DNA of 64,000 nucleotides, from assembly GCA_965214705.1 (NCBI GenBank), contig OZ243972.1:1376001-1440000 (forward strand), in the 5' to 3' direction. The notes beneath the pieces are model-generated. The model saw only the letters and a program-made list of their open reading frames with translations, was not told where the DNA came from and searched no databases. Each line of letters begins with the position of its first letter. Position 1 is the first letter of the stretch. Of the stretch, positions 60,286-64,000 are shown in pieces. The stretch comes from Alphaproteobacteria bacterium. Its GTDB lineage: Bacteria; Pseudomonadota; Alphaproteobacteria; UBA828. A program made the translations under genes and the position numbers.

Positions 60286-60749
60286 TGGTCGTGGTCGCCG
60301 CCCCGGACCTCGACCGCCACCCCGGTCGTGATGGCGCCTGAGCGCTCGAAGGTGAAGGTGACCGGGATGGTTTCCTCCGCCATCAGCATGAACTTGAGAC
60401 CGACCAGCATGACGTGAAGGCCGCCGGGCGCGAGCGCCACCGAGCCGCCCGCCGGCACGACGACGCCCTCCACCGCCTCCATGCGGTGGACGCCCTCTTC
60501 CATCGTGCTCCGGTGAAGCTCGACCTTCGTGGCCAGCGGCGTGCTGACGGCGACGAGGCGGTCGTCGGCCGTGCCCCGGTTGTGGATGTCGAGATAGATC
60601 ACGCCGTTATGCCCCTGCGCCGCCGGCCGCGACCAGGGATGGACGATGGTGATGTCGCCGGTCTTCTCCTCGTGCGCCTGCGCCGGCACCGCCGTGCCGA
60701 GAACGGCCAGCACGCCGAGCGCGGCGGCAAGAACCCTCAACCGAACCAT
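60282..60749 (-). CDS. Periplasmic copper chaperone PCu(A)C
   Basis: Signal peptide; ELHRSTME (HxxxM), PGGLHVML. Confidence 0.9.
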   Translation of the reverse strand: MVRLRVLAAALGVLAVLGTAVPAQAHEEKTGDITIVHPWSRPAAQGHNGVIYLDIHNRGTADDRLVAVSTPLATKVELHRSTMEEGVHRMEAVEGVVVPAGGSVALAPGGLHVMLVGLKFMLMAEETIPVTFTFERSGAITTGVAVEVRGGDHDH

Positions 60750-60801
60750 CCCGTTTCTCCTCGTTCGCCGTGAGGCATTAGACACCTGAAGCCGGCCCCG
60801 G

Positions 60802-61650
60802 TCACGGCTCGACAATCGGCGCGGCCTCGATGTCGGGCACGAGGCCCTGCGCCAGCGTCTCGCCGGGCACCTCGATGCGCTCGGCGGGGATTGCGAGGCG
60901 CCAGTCGTGATCGACCGGGACGAGCCGGGTGAGCCAGTCCTTGCCCAGCGTGGGCTTCCCGATGAGCCGGGCACCGGCGTAGCGGCGCAGGAGCGCCGCC
61001 AGCACCTCGGCGCTGCTCGCCGTGCCGGGGCCGATCAGCACGTCGATCTCGAACTCGCCGATGGCGCGGAGCGGCGCGGGCAACGCCACATCGCTCGCGC
61101 CCTCGCGGCCGAGCAGGCGGATCGCGCCCTCCATCGGCCCCGTGAAGAGGCTCGCGACCCGTCGCATCCGGTCGAAGTCGCCGCCGGCATTGGCGCGGAG
61201 ATCGAGCACCAGCCACGCCGGTGCTGCGAGCGCATGGGCGGCCACGGCATCGGCGATCTCGCGATCGGCGGTGCGGCCGAAGCGGTCGAGCACCAGGGCG
61301 AGCGCCCCATCGCTGCGCTGCTCGACCGCGCTGACCGAGGGGACCGTGTGGGCGCGCCGGATCGTGTCGGTATCCGGGTGGTTCACCGGGACCAGGCGGG
61401 CTGCCGGCAGGCTGTCCGCGATGAGCTGCGCGGCGCATCGCGTCCCGTCCGCCGGGCAGCGCCGCTCGATTTCCGCGCCGAGCGCTGCGGGAAGCGCCGC
61501 ATGACGTGCGACGGCGCCGAGCAGGCGGTCGCGCGGCGCGACCGACGACGCCTCGGCAGCGATCGAGGCGCCCAGCGCCGCGAGAGCCAGAGTCCCGGTG
61601 GCGATGCGAAAGGAAGCGGTCGTCGCGGTCCCCGGAACTCGTTTCGAACT
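60802..61650 (-). CDS. S41-family peptidase-like exported protein (start uncertain)
   Basis: LDLRANAGG, TASSAE, GKPTLGK, GLVPD. Confidence 0.75.
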   Translation of the reverse strand, partial: SSKRVPGTATTASFRIATGTLALAALGASIAAEASSVAPRDRLLGAVARHAALPAALGAEIERRCPADGTRCAAQLIADSLPAARLVPVNHPDTDTIRRAHTVPSVSAVEQRSDGALALVLDRFGRTADREIADAVAAHALAAPAWLVLDLRANAGGDFDRMRRVASLFTGPMEGAIRLLGREGASDVALPAPLRAIGEFEIDVLIGPGTASSAEVLAALLRRYAGARLIGKPTLGKDWLTRLVPVDHDWRLAIPAERIEVPGETLAQGLVPDIEAAPIVEP

Positions 61651-61690
61651 TACCGGTTCAGAGCGGCCCCAACTGTTCCCACCTCCCCCT

Positions 61691-61788
61691 GTCCCCCTCC
61701 CCCCAAAGGGCGGAGGGGGGACGAAATGTGCACCGCCCGTTCTCCCTCTCCTCCCCGTTGGGGAGGAGAGGGCTGGGGTGAGGAGGGG
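61691..61788. repeat. REP/RPE-like double-hairpin extragenic palindrome
   Basis: GTCCCCCTCC...GGAGGGGGAC and CCCTCTCCTCCCC-GTT-GGGGAGGAGAGGG hairpins. Confidence 0.75.
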
Positions 61789-61865
61789 AATCCTGGGCCG
61801 CACCGCGTGCGACACAAGGACCGTGCGCCAAACGGGTACGACCCCGTTCGCGCGGCTAGTGGTCC

Positions 61866-63023
61866 TTAGTGGCAGTAGTTGACTGCGCCGGCGATGTGCG
61901 CGCCCCAGGGCTCCTCGCCCACGCCCTCGATCGTCGCGGTCACGGCCTTCGCCTTCACGTCGATCACGGCGACCGTATTGGCATCGCTCAGCGCGACGTA
62001 GAGCTTGGTGCCGTCCGGCGTCACCACGCCGGTCTCGGGCGTGCCCGGCAGCGCAATCTCGCCGGCCGCCTGCATGGTTTCCAGGTCGATGATCAGTGCC
62101 TTGTCGTCGCCCCGGCTGATCACGTAGGCAAGCGTATCGAACCAGCCGGTGTTGACGCCGGTCATGTCCGCCGCGCCGGGCAGCCGCGCGACCTCGTCGA
62201 GCGTTTCGGTCGAGACCACCGAGACCGTCTCGTCGCCGTTGTTGGGGACGATCATGTAGCGGCCGTCGCTGGTGGTGAACGCGCGCCAGGGCGTGTCGCC
62301 CAGCGCCAGGTCCTTGAGCGTCCGGCCCGATTCGAGATCGATCACGGCCATGCGGTCGCCCTCGCCGTAGGCCGCGAAGCCGAGGCGCCCGTCGGGCGTG
62401 GCCGTGACGTTGATAATGCCCTGGTAGGCGGTGTCGTCGTCCTCGTGGTGCGCCAGCGCGCGGTCCGGCCCGATCACGATCTCGCCCGCGACCGTCGCCT
62501 GCGGCACGTCGATCACGCTGACGAAGCTCGCTCCCAGGTTGCCGACATAGAGGCGCTCGCCCGAGGGGTCGAAGGTCATGTTGTGGGGCTCGTGCAGCCC
62601 GTCCACGCGCGCGACCTCGTGCTCGGACCCGAGCGAGACCAGCGAGACCGTGCCGTCGCCGATATTGCCGATGGCGGCCACCGCGCCGGAGGGATCGAGC
62701 TCGATGTGCTCGGGCTCGTGGCCGAGCTGGATGGTGGCCGAGGTCCTGAGCGTTGCGAGATCGATCACCGTGACGGTGTCGTCGGCGGTGTTGCTCACGA
62801 TCATCTTGCCGAGGCTCTGGGAGACCGCGACCTGGTGCGGCACCTCGCCAACCGGCACATGCGCCACCACCGCGTCGGTGCGCGTGTCGATCACCGCCAC
62901 GTCCGCCGAGGCCCGGTTGGGCACGAACACGTAGTTCGAGAGGTCGTCCAGCGCGTGCACGCTCGGCGCCGTCACGGCCAGCGCGGCGAGCGCACCGAGG
63001 CCCGCTGTCAACAGCTTGTTCAT
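61866..63023 (-). CDS. YncE/YVTN beta-propeller exported protein
   Basis: Signal peptide; repeated V.VID...P.. blades, TPDG..LYV; ends in NYCH. Confidence 0.88.
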   Translation of the reverse strand: MNKLLTAGLGALAALAVTAPSVHALDDLSNYVFVPNRASADVAVIDTRTDAVVAHVPVGEVPHQVAVSQSLGKMIVSNTADDTVTVIDLATLRTSATIQLGHEPEHIELDPSGAVAAIGNIGDGTVSLVSLGSEHEVARVDGLHEPHNMTFDPSGERLYVGNLGASFVSVIDVPQATVAGEIVIGPDRALAHHEDDDTAYQGIINVTATPDGRLGFAAYGEGDRMAVIDLESGRTLKDLALGDTPWRAFTTSDGRYMIVPNNGDETVSVVSTETLDEVARLPGAADMTGVNTGWFDTLAYVISRGDDKALIIDLETMQAAGEIALPGTPETGVVTPDGTKLYVALSDANTVAVIDVKAKAVTATIEGVGEEPWGAHIAGAVNYCH

Positions 63024-63368
63024 TCCTTCCCCTCCTTGGGTTCGCGCGGGCGGTCGCCCGCCCCGCCGCCGGCGGCATGGACAGGCCGCCAGAATAGAAA
63101 TCGCCGCCCGCAGGGGTCAAGCGCGCGTGCTGGCTCACTCCGAAATTCTCGCCAGGGTCGTGCTCCGCGCGGTCTCGCGCGCGCTCCGTGGGACGGGAAA
63201 CTTAAATTTCATGCGGGACGCGCCGGGATTATGCGGGATAAGTGCGATGTCGCGCACGCGCGTCCCGCGAGCCAGAGTCGCGCAAGCCCGCAGGTTCTTG
63301 CGCGCAGCAATTGGGGTCTCGCGCGCGAAAGAAGAGGCCCGCGCGGCATCGAATCCCGCTCGTTCAAG

Positions 63369-64000
63369 GTTAAGGGTTGGGCAGGCTCTCTCTCGAGAGC
63401 CTGCCCAACCCTTTTGAACGAAGCCGCGGGCCACGAGAGGCGAAGTTGAGCTATGTGGAAAGTGCGCTGATGTCAGCGTCAGGCGGCATCCACCGGCAGC
63501 AGAGTTGCGCATAAAATCGACGCTCGCGCCGGTCTTTCGGCAGGCATGCGGGCGCACGCTGCGAGGACTGAGCGGGGTGTGAGCCGAGGGCTGTCAGCCC
63601 GGCTCAAGCGGAGACAGGTTCGGTCGTGCGTCGGCGCTTTGGCGCCGTTGCGCGGGGCCGAAGCGAGCGGGCGTCTCACGGTTTCCCCCTGTGGGTCGGC
63701 GGCAGCGCCGGCGGGCCGCGCGTCGAGCGGGGCTCATGGCGGCGGCGGATTTCGCGGACGAGGCGCATGACGCCGCCGCAGTGGGGGCAGGCCACGGGCG
63801 CGGTGCCGATCTCGGGCTCTTCGTCGGGCTCGGCCCGAGCGCCGTCCACGCTTCCCTCGGGGGCGGCGCAGCCGAGGGCGCCGAGAGCCTGGCGTGCTCT
63901 CTCCAGCGTGCTGGCGCGGCAGCCGTTGGCGAGGATGCCGAAGTAGCGAATGCGGTGCATGCCGTCCGGCAGGACGTGCCTCAGGAAGCGGCGGATGAAC
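63369..64000 (-). mobile_element. Second copy of the IS91-like element (oriIS end and transposase 3' end; runs off the window)
   Basis: Near-identical to about 15828-16460 with scattered SNPs; again preceded by CAAG. Confidence 0.93.

Noticed and set aside
60802-63138. 778-aa ORF spanning the propeller gene and the REP
   Set aside because: Only the C-terminal ~280 aa (S41-like) is protein-like; the rest overlaps the YncE gene in another frame

Overview
High-GC alphaproteobacterial (Rhodospirillales-like, inferred from gene order and ribosomal/RNAP proteins) window in two parts. (1) 1-30849 is the right portion of a tRNA-Ser-integrated conjugative/mobilisable island. It carries a leading region (strawberry-notch helicase, secreted HNH nuclease, SLOG-like proteins, DUF4326, AlkB, SSB, Toprim), a MOBF-type nic site and relaxase, and a triple-nested IS stack: IS1111-A is interrupted by an IS91-like HUH element with a tyrosine recombinase, which is itself interrupted by IS1111-B. 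An AT-richer cargo follows (HAD hydrolase; MTase + kinase-ATPase fusion + CARF-like ORF; ThyX), then a P4-like integrase and att site. (2) 31003-64000 is chromosomal backbone: autotransporter esterase, queG-cinA-pgpA-ispDF, four tRNAs, tuf-secE-nusG-rplKAJL-rpoBC, Rieske oxygenase, sugar ABC transporter, a MITE, a putative copper cluster and a second copy of the IS91-like element. Highlights: both IS1111 bridge/seek RNAs can be decoded by eye, and IS1111-B appears programmed against the codons of the conserved zinc-finger motif of IS91 transposases. The IS91-like ends fold into an attC-like hairpin on circularisation. There is a nuclease-less MTase/kinase-ATPase operon (candidate defence system). 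RpoB carries a ~71-aa SH3b-like insertion next to its gate loop. All family assignments come from motif recognition; no database searches were run.
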